A DNA stretch of 64,000 bases from Eledone cirrhosa (taxonomy: Eukaryota): NCBI GenBank assembly GCA_964016885.1, contig OZ024750.1, positions 15,624,001 through 15,688,000 on the forward strand, read 5' to 3'. The notes beneath the pieces were generated by a model. That model did not search any database, was not told where the DNA came from, and was given only the letters and a program-made list of their open reading frames with translations. Position 1 is the stretch's first letter, and every line of letters begins with the position of its first letter. Positions 51,301-64,000 of the stretch are shown one piece after another. The position numbers and the translations under genes were made by a program.

Positions 51301-51662
51301 GTATAGTGGTGGTGTAGGTAGTGGTATAGTGGTGGTGCTGGTAGTGGTATAGTGGTGGTGTTGGTAGTGGTATAGTGTTGGTGTTGGTAGTGGTATAGTG
51401 GTGGTGTAGGTAGTGGTATAGTGGTGGTGCTGGTAGTGGTATAGTGGTGGTGTTGGTAGTGGTATAGTGGTGGTGTTGGTAGTGGTATAGTGTTGGTGTT
51501 GGTAGTGGTATAGTGGTGGTGTTGGTAGTGGTATAGTGTTGGTGTTGGTAGTGGTATAGTGGTGGTGTTGTTAGTGGTATAGTGGTGGTGTTGTTAGTGG
51601 TATAGTGGTGGTGCTGGTAGTGGTATAGTGGTGGTGTTGGTAGTGGTATAGTGATGGTGTTG
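48344..51662. repeat. 23-bp GT-rich minisatellite, about 3.3 kb
   Basis: Unit GTGGTGGTGT(T/A)G(G/T)TAGTGGT(ATA/TTATT); period 23 (48361, 48384). Confidence 0.97.
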
Positions 51663-51984
51663 GTAGTATTGGTAGTCGTGATGGAAGTGACATTGTTAAT
51701 GGTGGACATGGATTTTATTTATAATGGTGACGGCAGCGGCGTTTGTGGTAGTTGTGTTGATGGTGGGAGGAGGGGGGGGGGCGAGGTGTCATTGCATGCG
51801 ATGATGGTGGTGGCGGTGGGTGTGTTGGTGGTGGTGGCAACGGTGGCCAGATGTTATTGATGTAGTGGTGGTGGTGGTGGTGGCTAAGTGTTAGTGCATG
51901 TAGTGGTCGTAATATTAGTGATGGTGTTATTGTAGGTAGTGTATTAACAGGGTAGGTGTCAGCTGTGGCCTTGATCCAAAACAT

Positions 51985-52016
51985 CGTTATTGTTGTTGTT
52001 GTTGTTGCTGTAGTTA

Positions 52017-52058
<42 letters not shown>

Positions 52059-52485
52059 TTGTTTTAATTGTTTTTGTTGTTGTAATTATTGTTGTTGCTG
52101 TCATTGCTGTAGTTATTGTTGTTGTTGTTGTTGTTGCTGTAGTTATTGTTGTTGATGTTGTTGTTGATGTTGTTGCTGATGTTGTTGTTGTTGTTGTTTT
52201 AATTGTTTTTGTTGTTGTAATTATTGTTGTTGCTGTCATTGCTGTAGTTATTGTTGTTGTTGTTGTTGCTGTAGTTATTGTTGTTGATGTTGTTGTTGAT
52301 GTTGTTGCTGATGTTGTTGTTGTTGTTTTAATTGTTTTTGTTGTTGTAATTATTGTTGTTGCTCTCATTGCTGTAGTTATTGTTGTTGTTGTTGTTGTTA
52401 TAGTTGCAATTGTTATTGTTGTTGTTTCTGTTGTTATTGTTGTTTTTGTTGCCATTGTTATTGTTGTTGTTGCAGTTGTTGTTTA
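51985..52485. repeat. (GTT)n-derived compound repeat with higher-order duplication
   Basis: The block GTTTTAATTGTTTTTGTTGTTGTAATTATTGTTGTTGCT occurs three times. Confidence 0.9.
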
Positions 52486-52947
52486 ATTAATGCTGTTTGA
52501 TATTGTTGTATTGATTATTACTAGTAATTATTGTTTAGCCCCAGGTGAACCCCAATTAATGACCAAAGGAATTCCAGCCGTGATCAATCCATCTTTTTAG
52601 AGAAATCATTAACCAGTGTTTGGTTTCCATATTTAATATTGTAGGGTCCTATTTGAGGCAGATTTGGCTTGCTATTTCTAGTAGATTGGGAAATCACACA
52701 TAGGCTTCCTTGTTGAAGTTTTTGTTTTTGTTGTCATTCATCAGCATCATCATCATTTTATGTCAACTTTTCCATAATGGCATGGGTTGGATGGGACTTT
52801 TTGAGGCAATGTTTTATAGCTAGATGCTCTTCCAGACTGTAATTGTTTTAGCTGCTTCTTACAACATGCAAGGATTCACTGTACATATTCTAAACAGATA
52901 CACACAAGAAATTTAAAAAAACAAATGAAATAGAATAGTCCATTCTA

Positions 52948-53390
52948 TTAACACTTTAGCATTTATATTACTCTATATTTACTATTATATTTTCATGGTA
53001 AAGGCTTTACCTCACATAATTATCTCACATAATTTCGAATCTATGAGATTTTGACATTATTTATTTTGAGAACAATACCTTTAAACCGGCTGTATCCAGC
53101 CAACATTCTCTCATCTCTTTCTGTTCAAACTGGCCATAACTGGCCACCTAAACCAACATTAAGGTATTGTTCTCAAAATAAATAATATCAAAATCTCATA
53201 GATTCGATATTATGTGAGATAATTATGTGAGATAAAGCATTACTGCAAAAATACAATAGTAAATATAGAGTAATGTAAATGCTAAAGGGTTAATGTTGCT
53301 ATGAGTGGTCAGTTACAGCTAGTTTGAACAGAAAGAGGTGAGAGAATTCTGGCCAGATATAGCCAGCCGGTTTAAATGCTAAAGGGTTAA
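52948..53390. mobile_element. Nested piggyBac-type MITEs (inverted copy inside another)
   Basis: The outer copy is broken at AATACCTT(AA) near 53080 and resumes after CTAAAGGGTTAA at about 53293. Confidence 0.8.
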
Positions 53391-53732
53391 TCTCCAAACA
53401 TAGAATAGTCCATTGAAAGTCCACATTTTCCCCTGCAGACCTTCAATTGTTGATGTTTATTTAGGTTGGGTATCAACCATATCAGTCACCCCTATCTGAA
53501 AATGCCTGTAAAGGTTATGAGTAATGCCATTCTTTCCATTTATCTTCTATTCTTTTACTTGTTTTATCAGCTTTCCACACTATTTGTCATTAACAAAGAT
53601 AATAAAGCAACGACAACAAAAAACCTATAACCATCACTGGTAATTAAAACACAGAATGTGACAGCTGGAAAGAGAGAGGACTGCACTAGCATAAAAGCAA
53701 CTGTTAAGGACCTAATTCTTTTGTAATCCAGG

Positions 53733-53781
<49 letters not shown>

Positions 53782-54876
53782 GATACTCGAATATAAGACA
53801 AGAAATATGTGACAAAAAAATCGATGGTAAAATGGTAAACTTATATTTGAAGTCAGTATTTTGCCAATTTTCACCACCTTCAAATTCTATACAAATAAGG
53901 TGCTACAATATCTAGAGTGATTATTTTATAATGAAACACTGTTTTTCTACATTTACTACATTGTCATTAGTGTTATTTATGCTTTCCGTTAAAAGTATTT
54001 CCAGCAATTTTTATAACACGCATACAAACATACATAGTTTTCTCTAACTTTGTTTTATTGCTCTCTCTCTCTCTCTCCTTTCTCTCACTCTCTCACTTGC
54101 TGTCTTTCCCTCCCTTGTCTACTCCATGAATCCCTATACAAAGTTCTCTTATTTGATCTCTTGCTTTCAAAGTACTCCTAGTATGTGAGAGGCCAAAAGT
54201 AAACCAAAATTCAGGAAATTTGTTGAAATTATAAAATGTATGAAATAGTAAAAAAGTATTATGTAATGGAGTTGTGAAACAAAAACTATATTCTAAACAA
54301 CACTTAAAACATTTTAAACATCAAAATATTAAAACTTCATCAATATATTTTATACTCATGAGAATTTAATGCCATTTAAATATCTGTTGATTACCTGCCT
54401 CAGCATATAAACAGGGTTTGGATTTTTGCCCATTTCTCAGACATAAAATAGGGGTCAACCTATATTCAGACCAGCTTATATTTGAGTATATATGGTATTG
54501 AAAAAGCAACTAAATGTGTCTGCAAATGAATTCATAGTAAAGCAGAAAAAGGTTGAAATGAGAAGAAACAATTAAGGAGACTGTATAAAGGAAATATTTG
54601 TTTCTACTTTTGACACAAGGCTAGAAATTATCCCAGTGCATTACTGGTACTTTATTTTATTGACCCTGTAAGGATGAAAGGCAAAGTTAACCTTGGCGGG
54701 ATTTGAACTGAGACTGTAAAGGGCTGTAACTCCATGTTGCAAAGCATGGTATCCGATACTACCAATCTACCACCCATGAAGGAAATAATGTAGTTCATAG
54801 AGGAGGAGATGATGCAGGGCCAAGATGTGTGGAAGTCAGCTATACTGCATATTTGTCAACAGCATGTCAGTGTGGG

Positions 54877-55050
54877 CAGTGCCGAATTTAGGACAAACGA
54901 GGCCTTATGTTAGTTAAGATATGAGGCCCCTTACTTGGGCCCTGAAGGAGGTAAAAAAGTTTTTGGCAGGAAGGTGAGTCCCCACCCCTACTGGCCAATG
55001 GGGCCCTGTGCTTAAGAACATCTAAGCATTACGATAAATCCAGCACACTG
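54877..55050. mobile_element. hAT-type MITE
   Basis: Imperfect TIR CAGTGCCGAATTTA / TAAATCCAGCACACTG with 8-bp duplication AGTGTGGG at 54869-54876 and 55051-55058. Confidence 0.8.
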
Positions 55051-56456
55051 AGTGTGGGGGAAATATATGGGGGGGGGGGGGCAATAAGCAGGGCTGGGGT
55101 TGGAATAAGCAGGGGGTGGGAATATACGGGGATGGGGGTTAGAATAAGGGGCGGAGGGGGGGATATTCAGTAAATTTTCTAGGTTGTCTCCATTGATTTT
55201 TTTTTAGAAACCAGAATTAGTCGTTTAGTTTACATATTGAGACCCGAAAACCATCCTATTTATTTTATAACATATGGGATTTCTAGTAATGTACTTTTTT
55301 TGTTATGTATAATGTTTTTTAATGTATAAAGAAAACTAGTTGTAAGAATGCTACCATTAAAATCAAATTTCGCCGGAAATACATTAGCAAAATTTAATAA
55401 GTGGGTTGGAAAAAATATGAAAAATTAATAAAAGGGGCCTTATTCAAGACCCAAGAGTAAAAACTAATAGCAAACATTTTAATAATACTAATGATGGTGA
55501 TGATGATGATGATCCCCAAGTGAAGCCAGCCGAGCTAATGGATGTTAGCCAACCATCTTGCTTAGGGTCTACCCCTGAGTCTCCTGCCAGTTGGTTTTGC
55601 TCATAAAATCTGTCCAGCGATTCTTTCCTGAGACATTCTAACCACATGCCCATAGTATCAGAACTGTGATCTCTCAATTTGGAGAAGTAGCAGCTCTACC
55701 TGAAGTAATTCTCTGATCTCTGAGCTACACACTCTATTGAGTAACATTACTCCAAAGACCCTTCAGAGGAACCCCATTTCAGCTTCTTATATTCACAACT
55801 ATATTCTTTTGGTCACTACCCAATTATTCATGACTATAGGTAGATAGCAAGTTTGGCTTTTACACCTACCTACCTTCTTATATTGTAACTAATTGTCATA
55901 TCTGCTGATCGTATCGCTATCCACCATCTGCGACCCATTCTCTAGCAGAATAGCTCTGCCAAAAACATAAATATAAAAGAAAAACCTAATTACTTGCAAT
56001 CCAATTAGCATTTAATTGATTCCAACCATCTGTTTACATAGATCATGTTTGTCTCAAAAATTTAGGTCACATGTGTCATTTTAGTGAAACAATAAACTTA
56101 AATAAATTAATTTATTGCCAGCAACTAAAATATCTCTGATAAATTTGAAAGGTATCATCATTAATTTCATCAACTAGAATTGGTTTATTGATCACTAATC
56201 TCTAATCACCATACTCTGAGTTAAAATCCAACCATGGTCAACTTTGGCTTTGATCCTTTTGAAGTTAGTTGATAAATAAAGTCTCAACCAAATACCGAGG
56301 CTGCTTCTTTTTTTCTCCTCTATTTCTCTGGAAGAAATTGTTTGGGTTCAGACCTGGAGAGAGATGGGCCCTATCAGGTTTAAAATAGCCCAGACATACC
56401 ATAAATCACTATAATGTTTATACAAGTCTCTCTAGAAGAAATCAGTCATGTTCTGA

Positions 56457-58174
56457 CCTGGAAAGAGATGGGCTCTGCTTAGTTTAAAATATCCAAGACA
56501 TGTTGTATACCACCATGGCATCCACAGGACATAATAATGATATACAGCCTGGAAAGAGATGGGCTCTGCATAGTTTAAAATATCCAAGACATGTTGTATA
56601 CCACCATGGCATCCACAAGACATAATAATGATATACAGCCTGGAAAGAGATGGGCTCTGCATAGTTTAAAATATCCAAGACATGTTGTATACCACCATGG
56701 CATCCACAAGACATAATAATGATATACAGCCTGGAAAGAGATGGGCTCTGCATAGTTTAAAATATCCAAGACATGTTGTATACCACCATGGCATCCACAA
56801 GACATAATAATGATATACAGCCTGGAAAGAGATGGGCTCTGCTTAGTTTAAAATATCCAAGACATGTTGTATACCACCATGGCATCCACAAGACATAATA
56901 ATGATATACAGCCTGGAAAGAGATGGGCTCTGCATAGTTTAAAATATCCAAGACATGTTGTATACCACCATGGCATCCACAAGACATAATAATGATATAC
57001 AGCCTGGAAAGAGATGGGCTCTGCATAGTTTAAAATATCCAAGACATGTTGTATCCCACCATGGCATCCACAAGACATAATAATGATATACAGCCTGGAA
57101 AGAGATGGGCTCTGCATAGTTTAAAATATCCAAGACATGTTGTATACCACCATGGCATCCACAAGACATAATAATGATATACAGCCTGGAAAGAGATGGG
57201 CTCTGCATAGTTTAAAATATCCAAGACATGTTGTATACCACCATGGCATCCACAAGACATAATAATGATATACAGCCTGGAAAGAGATGGGCTCTGCTTA
57301 GTTTAAAATATCCAAGACATGTTGTATACCACCATGGCATCCACAAGACATAATAATGATATACAGCCTGGAAAGAGATGGGCTCTGCATAGTTTAAAAT
57401 ATCCAAGACATGTTGTATACCACCATGGCATCCACAAGACATAATAATGATATACAGCCTGGAAAGAGATGGGCTCTGCATAGTTTAAAATATCCAAGAC
57501 ATGTTGTATACCACCATGGCATCCACAAGACATAATAATGATATACAGCCTGGAAAGAGATGGGCTCTGCTTAGTTTAAAATATCCAAGACATGTTGTAT
57601 ACCACCATGGCATCCACAAGACATAATAATGATATACAGCCTGGAAAGAGATGGGCTCTGCATAGTTTAAAATATCCAAGACATGTTGTATACCACCATG
57701 GCATCCACAAGACATAATAATGATATACAGCCTGGAAAGAGATGGGCTCTGCATAGTTTAAAATATCCAAGACATGTTGTATACCACCATGGCATCCACA
57801 AGACATAATAATGATATACAGCCTGGAAAGAGATGGGCTCTGCATAGTTTAAAATATCCAAGACATGTTGTATACCACCATGGCATCCACAAGACATAAT
57901 AATGATATACAGCCTGGAAAGAGATGGGCTCTGCATAGTTTAAAATATCCAAGACATGTTGTATACCACCATGGCATCCACAAGACATAATAATGATATA
58001 CAGCCTGGAAAGAGATGGGCTCTGCATAGTTTAAAATATCCAAGACATGTTGTATACCACCATGGCATCCACAAGACATAATAATGATATACAGCCTGGA
58101 AAGAGATGGGCTCTGCATAGTTTAAAATATCCAAGACATGTTGTATACCACCATGGCATCCACAGGACATAATA
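56457..58174. repeat. 91-bp tandem repeat, about 19 near-identical copies
   Basis: Unit starts CCTGGAAAGAGATGGGCTCTGC(A/T)TAGTTTAAAATATCCAAGACATG; ORF starts are spaced by 91. Confidence 0.97.
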
Positions 58175-58358
58175 ATTGTTTCTACTTTAGGCACAAGGCC
58201 AGCAATTACCCAGTGCATTACTGGTTCTTTATTTTATCGACCCCCGTAAGGATGAAAGGCAAAGTCAACCTCGGCGGGATTTGAACTCGGATCGTAAAGG
58301 GACGTAACTATGCTGGAAAGCATGGCGTCCGACTCTCTACTGATACTGCCAATCCACC
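58172..58358 (-). mobile_element. SINE family A
   Basis: Core and head on the minus strand; further copies at 34531-34722, 37395-37550, 54598-54775, 60770-61085 and 62208-62430. Confidence 0.9.
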
Positions 58359-58689
58359 AATGATATACAGAATGGGAATGGTCTGCAATGTTCCATCTGT
58401 AGTGTAGCTAGAGTATGTGCTGCCCGAGACAGCCCTTGAGTTTGCTGCTTGATAGGCTACCCCCCTCCTCACACACACACACACACGCACACAGAAAGTA
58501 TAACATATTGCACAGTGGCTTCTGCTTAAAATATATACATACATCATCATAATCATCATCATAATCATCATCATCGTTTAACATCCATCTTCCACGCTAG
58601 CATGGGTTAGACGGTTTTGTTCCATCTGTAGGATTGGTCGGGAGACCGTATATATATATATATACATATACATAAGTCATATATATATG

Positions 58690-59018
58690 ACTAACATATA
58701 ACAAATATATAACTACTATATAACTAATATATAACTAATATAACCAATATATAACTAGTATATAACTAATATATAACTAGTATGATTAATATATAACTAA
58801 TATATAACTAATATAACCAATATATAACTAGTACATAACTAATATATAACTAGTATGATTAATATATAACTAATATAGCCAATATATAACTAGTATATAA
58901 CTAATATATAACTAGTATGATTAATATATAACTAATATATAACTAATATAACCAATATATAACTAGTATATAACTAATATATAACTAGTATAACTAATAT
59001 ATAACTAATATATAACTG
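58690..59018. repeat. AT-rich ATATAACTA(A/G)T tandem repeat
   Basis: Direct inspection. Confidence 0.9.
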
Positions 59019-59111
59019 GAACCAAGGAATTCAAACCAATCATTCAGAAAGTATAGAATGCCCATGTCCAACTCTTGTTAGTAGGTAAAATGAACATGAT
59101 GATGGTGATGG

Positions 59112-59176
<65 letters not shown>

Positions 59177-60111
59177 CTGATGACATAGATAATATTTGTT
59201 CTTAGTAGTGCATGTCAGTCACTCAACCAAAAATAAAGCAACATCTCCCAATCCCCCACTCCCCAAATAATAGTTTTCTGCTGTCTAAAATATATTAAAA
59301 AATTATCAAGTTATTACCATTGATAATAAAGATATTTCTATCTTTTGCTCTAGAGAGCTCATGTTGCCTTAACAATGGTCATACAGGCATGGGATTGCAA
59401 TTTTAACCAAGTAGTAGAACAACATTTCCCATTCTATTGGAGATCAATAATGCAATGGTGCATAATTTGTCATGGCAACTAGATATAGAAATAATTTCCA
59501 TTTCTAACTTCTGATCAATGGAAGCAGAGTTGGAATTGACGATGGATGATTAACAGGTGTAAAAAATTTTTTTAAAAACCCTCACAATCTATCTCTAAAT
59601 AACAACAGAAATATATAAGGAAAGCATGCATAAATAAACAAAACAAGTGGGGTTTCTATACAATACTGTAATTAGAGAATTTTCAAAGCAAATAAGACAT
59701 TAGATTGGGGTCGTGTGTTTCCTGGGTGCATTAGAAAAGTATATGATGCAAGGAATTTCAATATGGAATCAAAATAATTGATAATTTACACTCAACGGAC
59801 ACCTACAATTTAAATGGAACAATTTTTCTGTGAATTAATAAGGGATCCTTGGAATAGTAACTCAAACTATCTGAATTATCAACCAAATTGTTCACATATA
59901 CCATATCATACTATTTATGTTGAGAAAATTAGCTAAGTATCCCTGGACAAAAAAAAAAAAAAAAAAAAATAGGGATTTTAAATTTTCCCAAAGCATTAGT
60001 CTATCAAAGGCTAAAGATACTTGCCGAAGGTGTCATGCTGTGGGACTGAACCTGAAACCATGTGGTTGTTTGTGCAGTGAACTTCTTATTACACTGCCAT
60101 ACGTGTACATA

Positions 60112-60295
60112 AAGCAAACACCTTAAGCACACAGCCATACCTCTACCTAAAGCAAACACCTTAACCACACAGCCATACCTCTACCTATACTGCAACACCT
60201 TAACCACACAGCCATACCTCAACCTATACTGCAACACCTTAACCACACAGCCATACCTGTACCCAAACTATAACACCTTAACCACACAGCTATGC
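60112..60295. repeat. 38-39-bp tandem repeat, about 5 copies, from a SINE 5' end
   Basis: CCTTAACCACACAGCCATACCT at 60121, 60159, 60198, 60237 and 60276; the reverse complement TGGCTGTGTGGTTAAG is A-box-like. Confidence 0.85.
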
Positions 60296-61708
60296 TTGTA
60301 TCTGTATCAATATTTATTATCTACTTTATATCCTAAAGATGAACAATAATGTAATTAGTTATAGGTTTCCAATAAATCCACCGACCATGGTTGAGTGGTT
60401 AAGGCAATGCACTAGGAATCCAATGCAGCTCACCACAAAATAATAGAAGGGAGTGGGGGTAGATTAGTAGTATCGTTGGAGCAACAGATAAAATGATTTA
60501 GTGTATTCCTTCTCTGCACATTGAGTTCAAATCCCACTAGCGGTTCTACCTGGAGTGACTCTCTGATTTCTGAGCTACGCACTCTATCGAGCAACATTAC
60601 TCCAAAGAGCCTTCAGAGGAAACCCATTTCAGCTACTTATATTCACGACTATATTCTTTCAGTCATTACCCAATATTCATGACTGTAGGTAAGGGTTGGC
60701 ACAAATACCAAATTGAAGATAGCAAGTTTGGTTTTTACTCCTACCTTCCTTCTTCTGATTACTGAATGCTAAAGCTGTGTTTAGTTCTGCATTCAAATTC
60801 CACTGTGGTCAGCTTTGCCTTTCATACTTTCGGGGTCAATAAAATAAAGTACTAATTAAGTACGAGGATTGATTCAATCAACTTTCTTCTACCCCAAATT
60901 ACTAGCCTTGTGGCTAAAGTGGAAAACACTAGAGTGGGGAATTGACAGAATCAACAGAGCATCAGACAAAATGCTTTATGGCATTTAGTTGGGGTTCTTT
61001 ACATCCTGGGCTCAAATCCCATTGAAGTCAACTTTGCCTTTCATCCTTCCAAGGTTGACAAAATAAAGTACCAGTCAAGTACTCTCTTTCTCTCTCCACA
61101 AATTGTTGCTCTTTAATTATAGGTTTTCAATGGACCAAATTACTGCTTCACTGTATTCCTGATGGTGAAAGTAGTATGGGAGTGTCTGTAATTGAGTGCA
61201 GAGCATGTGTCTCAGGGGCTTCATTTGTGAGGGATTGCATTTTTTGTTTGTTTTTCTTGTCAATGCTTACATCATTAAACACACACATACATACACTCTC
61301 GAGTGCTACTGGTAACATGTAACCCAATACAACCTGTCTCATGGTCGGGTCGTCGGAGACTAAACCGGCAACCCCACCAAGCTTGCTTGGTGACGAGGGA
61401 GATATTTGGACACCCTGTGGGATGAAATACAAGACCTGGCAAAGGGCAGAGGAACTCGGCAGAGTCAACGGCCATCCAAATAATACTTGTCTTTCCAAAA
61501 GTAGTGAACCTGCAACAATTTATGTGGAACATAAGCAACATCAATTTCTTTGGTCTTATGATCACTGCCCCTTCTTCTCTTAGTCTCACATCTTTACACT
61601 TATATTCATATGTTCACGTTTTTCACCTTGAAGCTTTTAGCTGTCATCCACCATCCTCACCACTCCCACCATCACACTTCTCTTTCTCTTTTCTCTGTTA
61701 TACATTAC

Positions 61709-61755
<47 letters not shown>

Positions 61756-63439
61756 CTCCCCTTATCATGTTACTCCTCCTGTTTCTCAATCTCCTCTAAT
61801 CAACAATCAATACATAACTACTACTGTCCTTCTCTGCCTTCCCCAACCAGCCTGCCATTGTGCCACCACCCCCGATTCCCGCTCCCCATATCCAGTCACT
61901 GTGGAGGGGGGGGGGGGGCAATGCCTGCTCCTTTCTCTCCACATTCCCTTATCTTCATTATAAATAAATTAATTAATTAATTTATTTATTTGTTTATTTA
62001 TTCATTTGTTTACTTAAGAAATTCTTCTATTTCCAGGAAAAGACAAAAATAAATGAGAGCAAATTCCCTATTTGAATGATTGTTATTAAAGAAGAATATA
62101 GGGCAGTGGGTTGTTAGTATTGGCAGAGTGTCAGATAACATGCTTCATAGTGTTTAATTGTTGTTGTTGTTGTAATTGCTGTTCTTCTTCTTCGGTAGAC
62201 GTATAGAATAATTGTTTCTATTTTTGGCATAAGGCCTACAATTTTTTGGGGGGAAGGGGAAAGTCGATTAAATCGACCCCAGTGCATGACTGGTACTTTA
62301 TTTTATCGACCACCGTAAGGATGAAAGGCAAAGTTAACCTCGGCGGGATTTGAACTCAGAACATAAAGGGACGTAACTCTATGCTGCGAAGCAGGGTATC
62401 CGACACTCTACCGATTCTGCCAATCCACCGATTTTATTTTTTTCAAAAAGTGCGAAATATAAATATGTTCTATCAATCGGTTCTTTATTCTATACGTCTA
62501 TCTTCTTCTTCTTCTTCTTCTTCTTCTTCGTCCACTTATCGTAGGGACAGAGTCACTAAGTAAAGATATATATTTACATTAAATTATAAGTTATAAAACA
62601 GTAAAAAACCAAAAGGTTATTAAACCTATGGAAACTAAAACAAAATGTTTATTTAAAAAACAAAAACTCCATCATTATCGTCGTGGATTTTATTCCTTGT
62701 TTATGGAAATATATTAACAAAGCTTATCACCTTGTGGTTAAACGTTTTTCAAAGGGGAATAACTCTGTTCGGACAATTACTTTAATCTCAGAAACTTACC
62801 AGCGGTCTTCTTGTCATGCATTACAAGCATGAGAAACAGGGGAAAAAAATGAAATAAGCCCCACTTATGATTCGAACCATTAACTCTTTCATTACCATAT
62901 TTCTAATGAAATACACTACCTATGTGTACCAATTAATTTTTAGAATAAGCAAATATGTTTTTCATTAGTAAGCCGATATTTAGAACATTATTTCATAAAC
63001 AAATTCTATGATAGAAAGTGAAGATAAATATTTCAAAATGAGCAGTTTCGTATCATAAATCAAATTTCAAACGGTTAATATCTTCATGAAATATAATGCT
63101 GAAAATTGATTGTCAATTTAGTTTATCAATAACCAAACTGTAAAAATATTTTTCGACCCACCGGAAAGGTGAATGGTGAAGGGAGACAATTCATAAATTT
63201 CATAATGGAAGAGTTATTTTATCATTAAAAAAAAACACACACACAAAGTTGTTTACGTTTTCATTAAGCAATTACTTCTAAATAGCCTTTAGTGTCTGCT
63301 GTGGCATATTAAAGTTTATATGGTATGTTGTGTAATTCTAAAAGTGTGCTCAAACATCTCAAAATACCCAAATGATACGGACCTCGACGGTTTGGACAAA
63401 TCAACTCTAGTGTGCAGGACCCCAGATGCTGGCCGCCTC

Positions 63440-63781
63440 ATGGTCACAGCGGACAGAATTGAGAAAGCGTTGCCTCAGAGGAGGGCGAGGGAAAAACGCG
63501 TTGGAATAGCTGTTCCAATTCTCTGAGCTCACTTCTGCGAGTGGTCAACTCTGCCCTGATAGTAGTAGGTAGGGGCGCAGGTGGTGAGGGGATCAAGAAC
63601 GCTGGAAGTCTCCACTGCTACAGATTCAACAAAAAATCCTACGGGATAGCAGCTGATACTTTAACAGCTTGTGATTTTCGGCTTGTTGGGCAACGAATCC
63701 TGAGTCTCTTACCTAATGCACCAGGTTGCCGCTAGAGAAGGTGTCACTGTAGGCTACATCACAGATGAGGGGCTTACCACT
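63440..63781 (-). mobile_element. CRE-like non-LTR retrotransposon, restriction-like endonuclease domain fragment
   Basis: SGKPLICDVAYSDTFSSGNLVH*VRDSGFVAQQAENHKLLKYQLLS..FVESVAVETSSVLDP..IRAELTTRRSELRELEQLFQRV..SLALL*GNAFSILSA fits the CRE pattern GK.L.WD.T..DT..AE..K..KY..AVET.G..LFQR.S.A..RGNA. Confidence 0.8.
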
Positions 63782-63995
63782 GCATCAGTTGTTAGCTGCA
63801 TCCTTTAAAACCTCTACGCTTCCTGAAATTTGCCAACACTACACCTTATATCCCCCCTCCATACACACATGTATTTCATGACTCATACACTGTTCATTTT
63901 CCTGACATTTGAACATTATTCTATGTACTATACATGCACCTTTGATGAGTTGTAGTGCACCTGAGCACTGTATACAATAATTTCATTATTATTAT
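63780..63995 (+). mobile_element. CR1-group LINE 3' end
   Basis: Homologous to 12328-12560. Confidence 0.85.
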
Positions 63996-64000
63996 TTCTT

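Noticed and set aside
50930-52486. Mucin-like Thr-rich ORFs
   Set aside because: Arise from the 23-bp repeat (not a multiple of 3) and the (GTT)n repeat
56457-58174. CRISPR-like array or repeated ORFs
   Set aside because: Units are identical end to end with no unique spacers; eukaryotic context; the same applies to the 55-, 52- and 33-bp arrays

Overview
AT-rich, repeat-saturated eukaryotic DNA. The SINE/RTE/CR1 complement and the long (TA)n/(CA)n/(GAT)n tracts suggest a mollusc, probably an octopus-like cephalopod (inference). No intact protein-coding gene can be supported: nearly all listed ORFs are microsatellite or minisatellite artefacts or decayed LINE fragments. Ordinary content comprises two tRNA-derived SINE families, RTE, CR1-group, Tx1-like and CRE-like LINE fragments, a TTAA-flanked piggyBac-type MITE, an hAT MITE and several minisatellites. 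The main signal is a set of short elements inserted into (TA)n tracts. One (7849-8728, minus strand) still encodes the C-terminus of a Penelope-like GIY-YIG endonuclease. About ten type I hammerhead ribozyme folds, from several unrelated sequence families and with variant cores, lie in these elements. Several also form near-perfect fold-back hairpins with 120-170 bp arms, and one hairpin contains a full tRNA-like cloverleaf followed by a Pol III terminator. The densest stack is 27010-29110. All folds and alignments were done by eye, and repeat boundaries are approximate.
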